DNA of 64,000 bases, taken from positions 1 through 64,000 of the forward strand of contig JAXLNO010000085.1 in the NCBI GenBank assembly GCA_038087875.1, in the 5' to 3' direction. Positions 26,335 to 39,529 of the stretch are shown here, piece after piece. Each line of letters opens with the position of its first letter. Position 1 is the first letter of the stretch. Below the pieces are notes generated by a model. That model was not told the origin of the DNA. It did not search any database and saw only the letters and a list, made by a program, of their open reading frames with translations. Source of the DNA: Malacoraja senta. Taxonomy: Eukaryota. A program made the position numbers and the translations under genes.

Positions 26335-27479
26335 TGAAATCTTTCCACGCCCACCTTAAACCTACGCCCACTAGTTGATTCCCCTACAATAGGGAAAAGG
26401 TTGTGACTTTTCACCTTTATCAATGTTGTCATGATTTTATAAACTTCAGCCTCCTAAGGTCAATGAAAAAAGATCTGGCTTACTGTACTTTAGCCTTTCC
26501 TTACAGCTCAAACTTGCCAGATGTGATAACATCCTCATAAATCTTTGTTGTGCCCTTTCCAGTTTAATTATATCCTTCCTTTAGCAGGGTGACCAAAACT
26601 GTACACATTACTTCAAACGTGGCCTTATCAACATCTTGTACAGCTGTAACAAGATGTCCCAATTCCTGTAGTCAATATACTGACAGATGAAAGCAAGTGT
26701 ACAAAATGTTGTCTTAACCACCCTGTCAAGCTATGGAAATATGCACCTGAATCCTGCCCTGGTTTGCCCTGCTCTTTTTGGTGTTATTTACCTAATAAAA
26801 TGCATTTGGTATAATTGCAGTTTACAAAGGAATAAACTTCAGAAATTATTGAAATCTAGCTCAGCTAAGTCCCTGACACCTTCAGGTCTATTTTGGTGAT
26901 CTCCGAAGGGTATATTTGCAGTCGATCAACAAAACCCTTAATCCTTCCATTGATATATAAATGGGATATTTTTGCTTGAAACATTGCAACATATTTTGGA
27001 ATAAACTGAAGATTTCTAGCACGCATGAACAAATACCCTGAGAGCTTTGAAGTTTGACAAGATCAAGAATAAAATCACCTTTGCTTTGTCGCCATTGTGA
27101 TGAGGGAATTACACTTAAATGTCTGAGAGAGTGCTCTGAGTTACTTAGTTCTTTAAGGCTTTGAATAGTGTACTAATTCTGTTCCAGTATGATTCTTAAT
27201 TTGAATTGATTCATTGCAACAACTTGTTGGAATTCTATAATTGACTCGGTTTCAGTTAAGGAAGATTAAAAATCAGTCATTGTACCCACTCTTGGTACAT
27301 CTTGGGGCATCTTGGCTGGCATGGGCAAGTTGGGCTGAAGGGCCTATTTCCATGTTGTATGACTCTGTGACTATGACTCTTGTGAACAGTTAATTAAATT
27401 TTTACAGCTGCAATTAAATAAAGATTCTATTATTTATTTGTCCATTAATTTAAATTTATTAATGTTTTTCTCTTTCTAG

Positions 27480-27554
27480 TTCAATTCAGAATACAAAGCA
27501 CCTGGTGAAAATTGATCAAGAAGCTTTCAGGAATCTACCACAGCTAAGATACTT
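27480..27554 (+). CDS. lhcgr: LHCGR exon 4 (LRR), 75 bp
   Basis: tctttctag|T...TT|gtgaga; SIQNTKHLVKIDQEAFRNLPQLRYL, with the LHCGR-type IQNTK strand. Confidence 0.93.
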
Positions 27555-28147
27555 GTGAGAGAACCTTAATTTGCAATAGCGTCTGTGAATAACTTTTTAA
27601 TAGTGCTATTTTGTTTAATGTTCCTGCTGTATTGCATATGGCCATTGCTTGCCTTTTATTCCATATTTATAATTTATTTGTTAGTTGCTAAAGATCATAA
27701 GAGTAAATGCAGACAAGTGAAGTAATCTGATCCATCTGTTTCATCTTTCCGCAGAAACAGTCCCCATGACATTCAGCAGATGGTCAAAGGGTCACCCTCC
27801 TTCTGAAAATTAGAAATATGTTCAGAACTCACAGGGAAATTATTATTTATAAGATTCCACCAGGGTTCTACTCCCAGTCAGATCTCTGTGGATCACACAA
27901 TGCATATACACCTATTCCATAATTCTCCCTCTGATATTAACGTGGAGGATCATTCTTTTGAAAGAATTGTTTCCAAAAATCAATGCTGAAGTTACTTTTT
28001 ATTAGTCAATACTTGAGTCTTTTTGTTCTGTAGTTATTCAGTTAAACTTGTTAAAAAAACTCCTTTCAGTTTGTGTGCCAATATCACTCACCTTTGCAAT
28101 TATATTGGTTGGGTTGTAAGGAGTTAAGTACTGACTCCTTTATGGTG

Positions 28148-28352
28148 TTAAAGAAGGAACTGCAGATGCTGGAAAATCGAAGGTACACAAAAATGCTGGA
28201 GAAACTCAGCGGGTGCAGCAGCATCTATGGAGCGAAGGAAATAGGCAACGTTTCGGGCCGAAACGTTGCCTATTTCCTGAAGAAGGGTTTCGGCCCGAAC
28301 GTTGCCTATTTGTCTGAAGAAGGGTTTCGGCCCGAAACGTTGCCTATTTCCT
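28148..28352. mobile_element. 205-bp Penelope-derived insertion with tandem hammerhead motifs
   Basis: Perfect 16-bp TSD TGACTCCTTTATGGTG (28132-47 / 28353-68); palindrome with 21-bp arms at 28236-28278; two CTGAAGA...GAA(A)CGTT motifs. Confidence 0.85.
28314..28344 (+). ncRNA. Minimal type-I hammerhead ribozyme motif
   Basis: CUGAAGA-A-GGGU(UUCG)GCCC-GAAAC-GUU: core boxes intact, stem II with a UUCG loop, palindromic AACGUU in place of stem III; stem I weak. Confidence 0.6.
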
Positions 28353-30233
28353 TGACTCCTTTATGGTGCTTGGGCTTCCATGAAAGAAAAGTAAGAATGA
28401 GGGTCTTGTGTTTATATACCATATTTAGTGTTTATTTCCTGCATGTAGAGTAGGAATTTATCCCAGGATGCTTTGCAGTGAGGTAGAGGGTATTTGCTGT
28501 AGCACACACATGCAACGTTAATAATAGTGTGTAGTTAATAATAATAATAAACATGGTGATATTAGTACCGTTCTTTTTAGTAGAAAAGGATACAATCTAA
28601 TAAACCTTTTTTTAGGATATGATCCAGCAATGTTTCCTCAAGACATCAAAACTGTAGCGCAGCTGTTTCCCAAACAATTCTAGGTATTTAAAACCTAGAC
28701 CTTGTTATCAACTACTGGCTAATATCTCCGCTTATCTTCCATTGCCTTCATCCTTCGTGATGTTCCTGCATTCTGTCTTTGCCTTGATTTCTTATTGACA
28801 GAAATAATTGCCTGATTTTTTTTTTCCTTTTGCTTTTTACCTTTTAATATTCAAAAAGTTATAATTTTACATCAGTACATCAGAGAACTAAGTCATTTGG
28901 TCCAATGCAGCTGCACTGTCTTTTAAAGAATTGACCATTTGGCATCTTTCATTAAACTTGTATGTTTTCTTTCAGTATTTAACCACAAATGAAAACTGTT
29001 CTGCATTCTTCTTGCACCAGTTATTCCACTAAAGCTTTCCATATCCAAGATGGTCTTTGCAATAAATTAAGCAAGTTCTAGCCACTTTCTATTACGTGAT
29101 GCACTCTGCTTCCTGTATTCTAACGTTCATTATGCAATTAACCAATCCTCTGCTTGATGATGATTTACATTGACTGAGATTTTTAATTCTGTCTTAAAAT
29201 TCTTACTCTTGTTTCGGATATCTTCATGACCTTGTCCCTGTCTTAGTAACGTTCTATGGTAATACAGTCAACATTTTGTTAATTTTCCTGCTATCTTCGT
29301 GTTCTGGCCTTTTGTGTATTACTGATTTTAATTTTCCATGAAGGACAGTTTTGCCAACAGTTGCTTGATCCCAAACCCTGGAATTCCCTCCCTATTTCCT
29401 CTATCTCTATCTCTCTCTGCCTCACTAATTCTATCTTTAAGATCGTACTAAATTCTGTCTTTTTGACCAAATATTTGGCCATCTGTCCTGATACGTGACT
29501 GTGTCAAAGTTTGTTCAGTAAAAGTACTGTGAAGTGACTTGTGATATTCAACCATGTAAAAGATGGTACACATGTATATTGTTAATGTTGTATTTGAAAC
29601 CTCTCAGCAATTTATTGACACATGAATCTTTTTTTTTCCAATGTATCTAACTGGTCTTGTAGAATCTCACTTAATCCAACTTCTTTAAGTATCTGAATCA
29701 CTACTCCATTTAAACAACTTTCTGATTACAATCATATTAAAATTATAGTGCTGAAAAAAGTTGTGTAAACTGCACTCTATTAGTATTTCCTCAGCAATAT
29801 TAGTAAGGAATTTCACAGAAAATTAGGATCCATGCCTGGTATTGTTTTGCTGTGAACATAATGGGGTAGATATTTTCTGTTCTAGGCTAGAAAGTATTTT
29901 GCTTATCAAAATTTCTTTTGTCGATAACTCTATTTATAAGAACAGCTGAATGGTGCTAATTTCCTCAGAAACCAGATTGTGAAAAATATCAAATATAAAG
30001 AAAATGCCATTGATTGTGAATATCGCCCCTGATAAACAATATCTGGTATTGCCCAGATTTGGGAAGTATTTCCCACTGAATGTATCTACTCAATATTATT
30101 TGAGACTTGTATGTTTGTAAAACTTAAATTTCCACGTAAATCAAAATTAAACCATTTTGTGCATTTGTTAGTGTATTTTCCTTCTCCCTCTGAAGGACTT
30201 GATCATAAATATATAACTATTTTTTTAAACCAG

Positions 30234-30308
30234 GAGCATTTGCAATACTGGAGTAGGACTCTTTCCTGATCTGACGCACATCCACTCTATTGCATCCAGT
30301 TTTATTCT
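30234..30308 (+). CDS. lhcgr: LHCGR exon 5 (LRR), 75 bp
   Basis: aaaccag|G...CT|gtaag; SICNTGVGLFPDLTHIHSIASSFIL (SICNTG...FIL is LHCGR-type). Confidence 0.93.
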
Positions 30309-31839
30309 GTAAGTGTCCAACTTATCAGTATTATTTAAATAAATTTGTTGGGGTAGTGGGTAGGGAAAAGGAGTTTGCTTTTATTATCCAGGTGAGAAAT
30401 TTCAGCTTGGTAAACAGTATATTTTTAACCTTTGTTTCTTGTCTTCTCAAGCAATCCACAACCAAAGACTATGCAGTTGAGTATGTTGCAATCCATTTGC
30501 CATGTTCAAACAATATACCTATTACGTCAAATGAGAAGTGTTCCTTGAAATGTCATTATGTTCTTGCAATCCATTAACTCTTCATATGGCTGCTTTGAGT
30601 GAAATTGTCAATACGTAAAGGGAACTTTTGTGTTGAGGATGCAAGACTGCTGAAATTAAGCAGATTCATTTACTTAAGCTTATTTTGTAGTCAGAGAAAA
30701 TTGCCTGTTAATATCCAGGCTGTATTAAGATTACGATTATAGTATTGAAAAAGGTGAGAGAAAATAATTTAGTTGCAATAGGTAAAAACTCTTCCATTAG
30801 TTCATTTATCCCACAGGTCAAGTGCTGACATGAGAAGTAGGCTGCAAATTATCTTTCCTCACATTCAGTATGAAATTTGCTTAATAGAGAATTGGCCATC
30901 TGAAATAAATCTAAAGTGAAAAGAAAGGAACATCAACAAATGTGTCTCATCAATGGATAAATGATTAGAAATTAGTATCTTTACACCATTGCCAAAAGCT
31001 AAAGTTACCCAAGGAAAATAATGAAAGGATCTCCAGATATATCCGACGGGTAAAGTGAGTTAAGACCTCATTATGAGACAACTCTGTGCAGGGTCAAGGC
31101 AATGAAAGGAAGGGAGAGGTATTTGTGGAGAAACCCAGGGTGGGGCTGATGAGAGAATGATTATTGTTAGAAGAGAAACATTGATTGCCATTCCTAATTA
31201 ATCTTAAACAGAAAAGCATACCAATTTCAGTGTTAGCTACAATTTGCATGTGGTGTGAAATATTCACTGGACCATGCAAACTATTCTGAATCAAACTGCT
31301 GCACTCTGGAAAGATCCAAGGATCAGCTTCAGCATTCAAGAGACCTTGAAGTAACATTTCAGATGCCTTGATAGATTGTATATGTTTTACATAATAGTTT
31401 AACTAGTGTTTCGAAGGCCATTGTTCATTTTGCATAACTTTAGAAACATAGAAAATAGGTGCAGGAGGCCATTCGGCCCTTCGAGCCAGCACCGCCATTC
31501 ATTGTGATCATGGCTGATCGTCCCCTATCAATAACCCGTGCCTGCCTTCGCCCCATATCCCTTGACTCCACTAGTCACTTTGAAAGAAAACTTTGCTTTC
31601 CAAAGACACTTGACTGAAGAATTAGAATGGACATTGCAGTCAAGAACTTAGTAGCATATATTTCCATGAAGGATGTCCACATGCAATAAAAAAAAGAATA
31701 TTGCACCAGATGTAGATTTAAAAACTTTAAGAGCCTGATCTTAATATTACCCCTTTACCTGCACTCGTATACCTTCCCCACAGAATTCTATCTGCAACAT
31801 TAATTGTCATTGAGGCCCAAATTTTGCTAAGGTTTTTTT

Positions 31840-32510
31840 TAGTTTACTTTAGAGATACAGTGCAGAAACAGGCCCTTTGGCCACCGAGTCCACGACAACC
31901 ATTGAACCTCGCACACTGGCACTATTCTACACATACAAGGGACAATTTACATTTTTTTTTACCAAAGCCACATTCACCTACAAACCTGTATGTCTTTGGA
32001 GTGTAGGAGGTAAACTAGAGCATGCGGGGAAAACCCACATGGTCACAGAGAACGTACAGACTCCATACAGATAACATAGTCAGGATCGAACCTGGGTCAC
32101 TGGCGCTGTAAGACAGCAACTCTACTGTTGCACCACTGTGCTGCCCTAATCTGTAGCCTCATCCTCTTGCATCAATAATAATGTCTTTGAGCAAAGTAGG
32201 GTGGCACACTGGCACAGCAGTAGAACTGCTACCCTACAGTGCCAGAGACCTGGGTTTGATCCAGACTACGGTGCTGTTTGTACGAAGTTTGTACATTCTC
32301 CCTGTGACTGCATGGGCTTCCTCCGAATGCTCCTGTTTCCACCCGCATTCCCAAAATATGCAGGTTTATAGGTTAATTGGCTTCTGTAAATTGCCACTAG
32401 TGTATAAGATGCAAAACTGGGATAACATAGAACTAGTGCATGGGTGATAGATGGTCGGTATGGACTCGTTGGGCCGAAGGGCCTGTTTCAATGCTGTCTC
32501 ACTAAACTAA
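31840..32510. mobile_element. Two V-SINE/HE1-like copies head-to-head (about 31840-32147 on -, about 32200-32510 on +)
   Basis: Family head, core and tail motifs in opposite orientations. Confidence 0.8.
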
Positions 32511-32794
32511 GCTAATGTGAAATCAAGAGGAATTTGATAGAATGTTGCATCATCTTGAAAGGCAGATGGTATGACCTTAACATGCTCAGCATTCTACATG
32601 GGGCAAAGCTTTTGAAAAGAACAAAGTTAATGAAGTCTTGCCTTAATGTTCTGTCACTCCAATGTACCAGCATGTTGAATGTAGACAAGATAACCTTTAC
32701 TAAATTGAAGCTCAAGATTTTTTCGGAACCGTTTGAACTGTCGCAAGCAGTACTGTAACATTTCCTACTGAATGTTCCATTACTTATGGCTTAA

Positions 32795-33543
32795 TGGGCC
32801 TGTCCCACTTAGGCGACTTTTTAGGCGACTGCAGGAGACTATGCAGTCGCCACATGGTCGCCACATGTTTGCGGATGGTTGCCAGGGATTCGCCTTCATG
32901 GTCGTGAGGAGTACCCGCATTCTGGGAACTAGTCGAAGAATTGTTGAAAAATTAGCGGCGACTAGAATGAAGCCGCCATGGAGAGTAGCGAGAATTCTCG
33001 AGCCGTAGGTGGGTCGCCAGGAGGACCTAGAGGGTTTCCAGGAGGTCGAAGGTTCTTGGAGGTTCTCGTAGGTTGTAGCCGGTGCTGACCGTTGAATTTC
33101 ATTGGCTCATTGGGGAAAAAGGTAAGCAGTAGTTTTCAGAACCAAGGATAACCGACCGGTAATGTTAAATGTCCGCCGAGCTTCACAGCCGTGTATCTCT
33201 GGCTTCTTAAAAGTTGTCTCCACTCCTTCTCCCCCCTCTCCCCCCCCTCTTTTAAAGGACTTACCATACACTGTGCTTACCATCTTTTTACAGTGCCAAC
33301 CTTCCTGTTCATCGCGGTGTGTGTCTGTATCACCTTGGCTTTGCACCGTGTGAATTTTTAGACTGGGCAAGCAGAGGGAGCGCTGTCTAAAAAATTCACA
33401 CGGGCTGGTGAAGGAAGTGATGTGTTTGTGTGTGTGTTCCACTCTGACAGTCGCCGTTCCAGTTACCGGTTTTTCAGGCGAATGCCAGCAACTTGACAGT
33501 CGCCAGCAGTCCGCTGAAAAATCACCTAAGTGGGACAGGCCCA
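32795..33543. mobile_element. PIF/Harbinger-type MITE, 749 bp
   Basis: Perfect 19-bp TIR TGGGCCTGTCCCACTTAGG; TAA TSD (32792-94 / 33544-46); no transposase. Confidence 0.88.
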
Positions 33544-35312
33544 TAAGGTTGCTGCACATTTCTTGATGAACTATAGTGCTGAGAAACTCTCTTCACTGAT
33601 GCACGTACACAGCTAATGGAGACTTCCTTTCTTCTAACCAAAATAACCAAACTGAAATATTCTGGTAAATAATTCAACATGAAGAATCACTTTTTAATAA
33701 ATGAGGTGAACAGGATCTTTGGCCAAATGACTCTTTATGAGCCTCCACACACTGGTTCCTGCCTTTGTGAATCGACCTCAATCTCATGTATTAAATCATT
33801 CCCTTGAGACTTTCTTAGTTTAGTGATACAGCATGAAAACAGGCCCTTCAGCCCATTGTGCCCACAACGACCATTGATCACCTGTTCACACTAGTTCTAT
33901 GTTATCAACTTTATCACCCACTCCCTACGTACTAAGGGCAATTCACAGAGGCTAACTAACCTACAAACCTGCACATCTTTGGAATGTGGGAGGAAACCAG
34001 ATCACCTAGAGGAAATCAATGACAAAAAGGTACAAAATGGTTGTGAAACTGCTGGGGAAGGATATTAAACCAGAATTGCCATTACAAAATGATTAGGGAG
34101 TGATTTGTTGAACGGTACAGTACAGGAACAGGCTGTTTGGCACACAACGTCTGTGCCGAACAGGATGCCAGGACCACCTCTTATCTACTGGCACATAATC
34201 CATATCTCACCATTCCTTGCATATCCATGTGCCTATCCAAAAGACTCATAAATGCCATTTTTGTACTTGCCTCAAATTTTATCCAGCAGCACGTTCTAGG
34301 CACTCACCATCTTCTGTGAATAAAAAAACTGGCCTCGCACATCTCCTTTAAAGCTTCTCGCACCTTAAAGCTATGTCTAGTATTTGATATTTTCCTGGGG
34401 AAAAGGTTCTGTGTCATAGTCAAAATCAATCATCGGTTAGTTCACATCAACATGTGGATATTAAAATAAGACTTTTACTAACAAAAGTAAACATGCACAG
34501 CCAACATACTTGACTTCCGAAAGGTAGAATTTGAAGGAATGCGTTAGCATCTATTATTCCATTGTTAATGGAAGTAAATATATTTTCAAAGGGAAACGAG
34601 AGGTAATTTGTTTGAGGAAGGCAAACAAGGTAAAGTGTTAGCAGGAGAAATAGATAACGTGCTTAGAAACTATATGAGATACCTTAATTTATTGGCTGAG
34701 GCACAAAGTACAAAACTGAGGAAATTGTGCTGTAAGTACATAAGATATTATTTAGCACAGAGAATGGGACAGCATTAAAGAAGGTGCAGATGTAAGTTGC
34801 TAAGGTTAGATAATTTTAGTGAAGTACAGCAGGTCGAGAAAGAATTAGCTGAGTTGTTCAGGAAGGGTTTGTATTTGCTTTGTCAGCAGGATCAATAGTG
34901 AGGGGGTAAAAGGACACAAAGTGCTGGAGTAACTCAGCAGATCAGGCAGCATCCCTGGAGAACATGGATAGGTGTATCCGTGTGTGTGTGTGTGTATACA
35001 GTATATATGGTTTTGGAGGGGTGGGAGCGGTCAATGGTTCACCTTAGGAGGTAAGGTGTAGGATTTTTCTCAAACATCTATTTTTGAGAGAATATTTGAA
35101 AGTACATTGAAAGTACAACTGTGTCATATACTTTCAGAAATATAAATCATCTCCCAAGAAAAATCTCAAAGGACGCACATTTTGTGCTGGATGTTCAAAT
35201 TTGCTTATAAAATTGGGCCAAGCACAACAGTTGCTGCCAATATAAAACTTGTGAAAATCTGCTCCAACTAGATTGAGACAGGGAACACTATATGCCGTAG
35301 AAAATATTCATA

Positions 35313-37758
35313 GTCAAGTCAAGTCACATTTATTTATATAGCACATTTAAAAAACAACTCGTTGGCCAAAGTGCTTTACATTTGCTATAAGAATAGCATA
35401 AACAAAACAAACTACATACATATATACATGTAGCCCTCACTCAGAGGACGTCAGGAAAGGCTTGGGAGTATAGATACGTTTTTAGTCTTGACTTAAAAGA
35501 ATCGATGGAGGGGGCAGTTCTGATGGGAAAGGGGATGCTGTTCCACAGTCTAGGGGCTGCAACCGCAAAGGCGCGGTCGCCCCTGAGCTTATGCCTAGAA
35601 CGTGGGATATTCAGCAACCCCGTCGGACGATCTGAGGGGCCTGGAGGTGGAGTGGTGGGTGAGAAGACTTTTTATGTAGGTGGGGGAAAGCCCATTGAGG
35701 GCTTTGTAGACATGGAGGAGGATCTTGAAGTTTATACGGAACCGCACAGGGAGCCAGTGGAGAGAGGCCAGGATCGGGGTGATGTGGTTCCCTTTTCGGG
35801 TGCCCGTCAAGAGTCTCGCTGCGGCGTTTTGGACCAGTTGCAGGCGGGACAGGGAAGATTGGCTGATGCCAGTGTAAAGGGAGTTGCAGTAATCTAGGCG
35901 GGAGGAGATGAATGTGTGGATGATCTTTTCGAGGTCATCAAACTGGAGGAATTGTTTTATTTTAGCTATCGTCCAAAGCTGAAAGAAGCTAGCTTTTACC
36001 ACGGCATTGACTTGTTTGTCAAATTTCAATGCTGAGTCAAATATCACGCCAAGGTTTTTGACGTGAGGTTTGAGTAATGGGGTAAGGCTTCCAAGGCTGC
36101 CTGCTATCATTTTGATTGAGTCCAAGGGGCCGGGAAGGATGACCTCAGACTTACTCTTGTTTAGTTGGAGGAAGTTCTGGGCCATCCAACACTTTATACC
36201 CTCGAGGCAGCGGGTAAGGTTAAGCAGATTTGATTGGTTTTTGGGCTTCAGGGGGAGATAGAGTTGTGTATCGTCTGCGTAGCAATGGAAGGAAATGCCG
36301 TGCCTTTCAATGACTTGGCCTAAGGGGAGCATATACAGGGAGAAGAGAATGGGGCCAAGGATGGAACCTTGTGGAACCCCACAGCAGAGATTAGCTTGGG
36401 AGGAGAAAGAGTTGCCTATGTTAGTCGAGAAACTCCTACCTTTAAGGTAGGAGATGAACCAGTTCAGGGCAGTGCCATCAATACCAACCCCATACCGGAG
36501 ACGGATGGTGTGGTCGACAGTATCACATGCTGCGCTGAGGTCAAGAAGGAGCAGAATTGCACAGTCGCCGGAGTCAACGGTGAGCAGTAGGTCATTGTGT
36601 ACCTTCAACAAGGCAGACTCTGTGCTATGGTGAGCCCTGAAACCTGATTGGAAAGTTTCCAAGATAGTGTTTTGGTGAAGGTTAGGTATAAGTTGACTTA
36701 AAATTACCTTTTCAAGGGCTTTTGAGAGGAAAGGCAGTTTAGAAATGGGTCTGTAGTTGCTTGGCAAGGTGGGGTCGAAAGGTTAGGTTTTTTCAGGAGT
36801 GGTTGGACCACCGCATGCTTGAAGCAGGTAGGTACAGTGCCAGTGGCCAGAGAGCTGTTGAAGATGGCGAGGATGCTGGGACAAGCTGTTGTAATGATGT
36901 CCTTTAGGAGGGCAGAGGGGACAGTGTCGAGGGGGCAGGTAGTAGGTTTCATGGTGGTGATCAGTTTTACAAGGGAGGGTAGAGTAACGGGTTGGAAACA
37001 GTCTAATTTTGAAGAGCAGACCAATGAGACAGCCAGGTCACGGGTGGGAGGGGAAATATTCGTTCTTATGTTCTTTACCTTGCTGGTGAAAAATGTGGTA
37101 AATTCCTCGCACTTAGCAGGGGGACCCAGTTAGGCTGGTGCTGGTGGCAGGACAGATGATGGAGGTGATGGTGCTAAAAAGGACCTTGGAATTTTGCGCG
37201 TTTTTGGAGATAAGGGTGGGAAAGTATTTAGTTCTTGCAGATTTTACTGCTTCCTGGTATTTGTGAAGATTATTTTTCAGGAGTTCAAAAGAATTTTGAA
37301 GCTTATAAGATTTGTACTTCCGTTCTGATTTTCTGCATTCTCTTCTTAGGGCTCGCCTTTAGGCTTAGGCTTTTTCATTTTAAGAGGAGCAACAGAATCC
37401 AGGACGGAAGAGCAGGTATTATTGAATAGAGAAAGTAGGTCGTCGGTACTGAGATGGGGGGTGGACGCCTCAAATAGTGCAGATGTCGGGAGCCTCAGAG
37501 AACTTACTGGCTGACGTGGAGTTAACGTAGCGGGAGTAGCGAGCAGGGAGATGGGATTTTGAGGGAGAGAAAGGCAGAGATATATCGAATATAATAGCAC
37601 TATGATCAGACAGGCAGGCATCAATAATATCTGTGTTACAAGTTGGGAGACCAGACGAAAGCACTAGGTCTAGTGATGGCCAAGCTTGTGCGTGGGTCCA
37701 GTGGTGAGTAGAGACAGATTGAAGGACTCAACCAGGTTCATAAATTCACTCACAATTC
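35313..37758 (-). mobile_element. L2-clade LINE, 5'-truncated (APE C-terminus plus RT)
   Basis: ORF 35595-36767 with NYRPISKLPF, QSGFR, LLDLSAA, GVPQGSILGP, YADD; L2-type 3' end with (GACTT)n tail; candidate TSD ATTCATA (35306-12 / 37759-65). Confidence 0.92.
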
Positions 37759-37889
37759 ATTCATACTAGCAGGTGATTCCGATGTTGCAATCTTTTAAGT
37801 GACTGTTAAGAGACACAACCAGAAATATTATTGTTGACATTTGCAGATTAATAAGATTGTTAATTGGTATCCCTCTACCTCCATTCCAG

Positions 37890-37967
37890 GGAAATATGTG
37901 ACAACTTGCGTCTTCTATCAATCCCAGAAAATGCATTTCAAGGAATGAACAATGAATCCTTAACATT
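37890..37967 (+). CDS. lhcgr: LHCGR exon 6 (LRR), 78 bp
   Basis: ccattccag|G...TT|gtaag; [26 protein letters not shown], near-identical to LHCGR EICDNL...[12 protein letters not shown]. Confidence 0.95.
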
Positions 37968-38239
37968 GTAAGTATATTAACTTTTAGTCACAGAACTCAC
38001 TGCTTTTTCCACATGCAAAATTTAAGCTTCCAATATCAAGTGAATTCTTGGACAGAAATTATTTGAGGTTTAAATTATCTGAGGTAATGTAAATTTCACA
38101 CATTTTCTAGACGCTTGGCTAGGGAGTCCAGATTGTGAAAGTGACCTTGTAGTATTTTCATTTACTAAGAAGTAGTTTAATTATTCTGATGAGAAAGATA
38201 AAAAATATATTATTTTTTGCCAGCTTTGAAATAAGAAGT

Positions 38240-39005
38240 TTAGTTTATTGTCATGTGTGCCAAGGTACAGTGGAAAGCTTTTGTGCATCCTAACCAGTCA
38301 GCAGAAAGACAATACATTATTACAATCGAGCCATCCACATAGTACAGATACATGAGAAACGTAATAAAGTCTAGTTCAAGATAAAGTCCTGTAAGGTCCG
38401 ATTAAAGATAGTCCGAGGGTCTCTGATGAGGTAGATAGTAGCTCAGGACTGCTCTCTACTTGTTGATAGAATGGTTCAGTTGCCTGATAACAGCTGAGAA
38501 GAAACTTGCTGAATCTGGAGATGTGCGTTTTCACACTTCTGTACCTTTTGCCTGATGGAAGAGGGGAGAAGAGGGAATGACCGGGGTAAGACATCCTTGA
38601 TTATGCTGGTGGCCTTGCAAGGCAGCGTGAAGTATAAATGGAGTCAACGGAAGGGAGGTTGGTTTTGTGCCATAACGTCATAAAGAATAGTAGAAATAGG
38701 CCATTCAGCCCATCAAGTCAACTCCGCCATTCAATCTATCTCTCCCTCCTAACCCCATTATCCTGCCTTCTTCCCATAACCTCTGACACCTGTACTAATC
38801 AAGAATGTATCGATCTCTGCCTTAAAAATATCCACTGACTTGGCCTCCATAGATTCACCACCCTCTGGCTAAAGAAATTTCTCCTCATCTCCTTCTTAAA
38901 AGAAGGTGATGGTCTGGGCTCTGTCCACAATTCTCTGCAATTTCTTGCAGTCTTGGATGGAGCTGTTCCCAAACTATGCTGTGATGCATCCCAATAAAAT
39001 GCTTT
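38240..39005 (-). mobile_element. Rex1/Babar 3' fragment interrupted by a CR1 tail fragment (about 38675-38900)
   Basis: HSLFSPLPSGKRYRSVK (Rex1); EMRRNFFSQRVVNLW (CR1). Confidence 0.7.
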
Positions 39006-39529
39006 CTGCCCCTTCAAGAATATATAATAATTGAATGGTAATAAATATTGAAATAGATCAGTAATGTGGAGACACAAGAAAATGCAGGTTTGTAGGTTAA
39101 TTGGCTTCTGTAAGTTGCCCCTTGTGTGGGATAGAACTAGTGTACGGGTGATTGTTGGTTGGCGTGGACACGATGGGCAAAAAGGCCTGTTATCATGCTG
39201 TATCTCTAAACTAAACTTTACAAGGCCATTATTGTAATAACACACAAATAAGAGGAAATGAATATAAATTGATGCAAAGTTATCTGTTGAAAAATTCAGA
39301 GACTGGTTCAAGTTATGGGAAAGATGTGTACACAGGGAAATGATTGGTTCATCGACTCAAATGAAATTAATTTGAGAGGTACCGTGACAGGTCACAGTGA
39401 ATCCTAGGCATGTGCACCTATCGAATGACAATAAAGGTGATTTGTGCACTGTCCCCCTCTGGTAGAAATGCATAACTGGATACATTTCCTATGAAGTAGT
39501 GTGCTTAGAAGAACATGCAAGCAATTGGA

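Noticed and set aside
28236..28352. CRISPR-like repeat array
   Set aside because: Eukaryotic context, no unique spacers; the repeats are hammerhead/Penelope units
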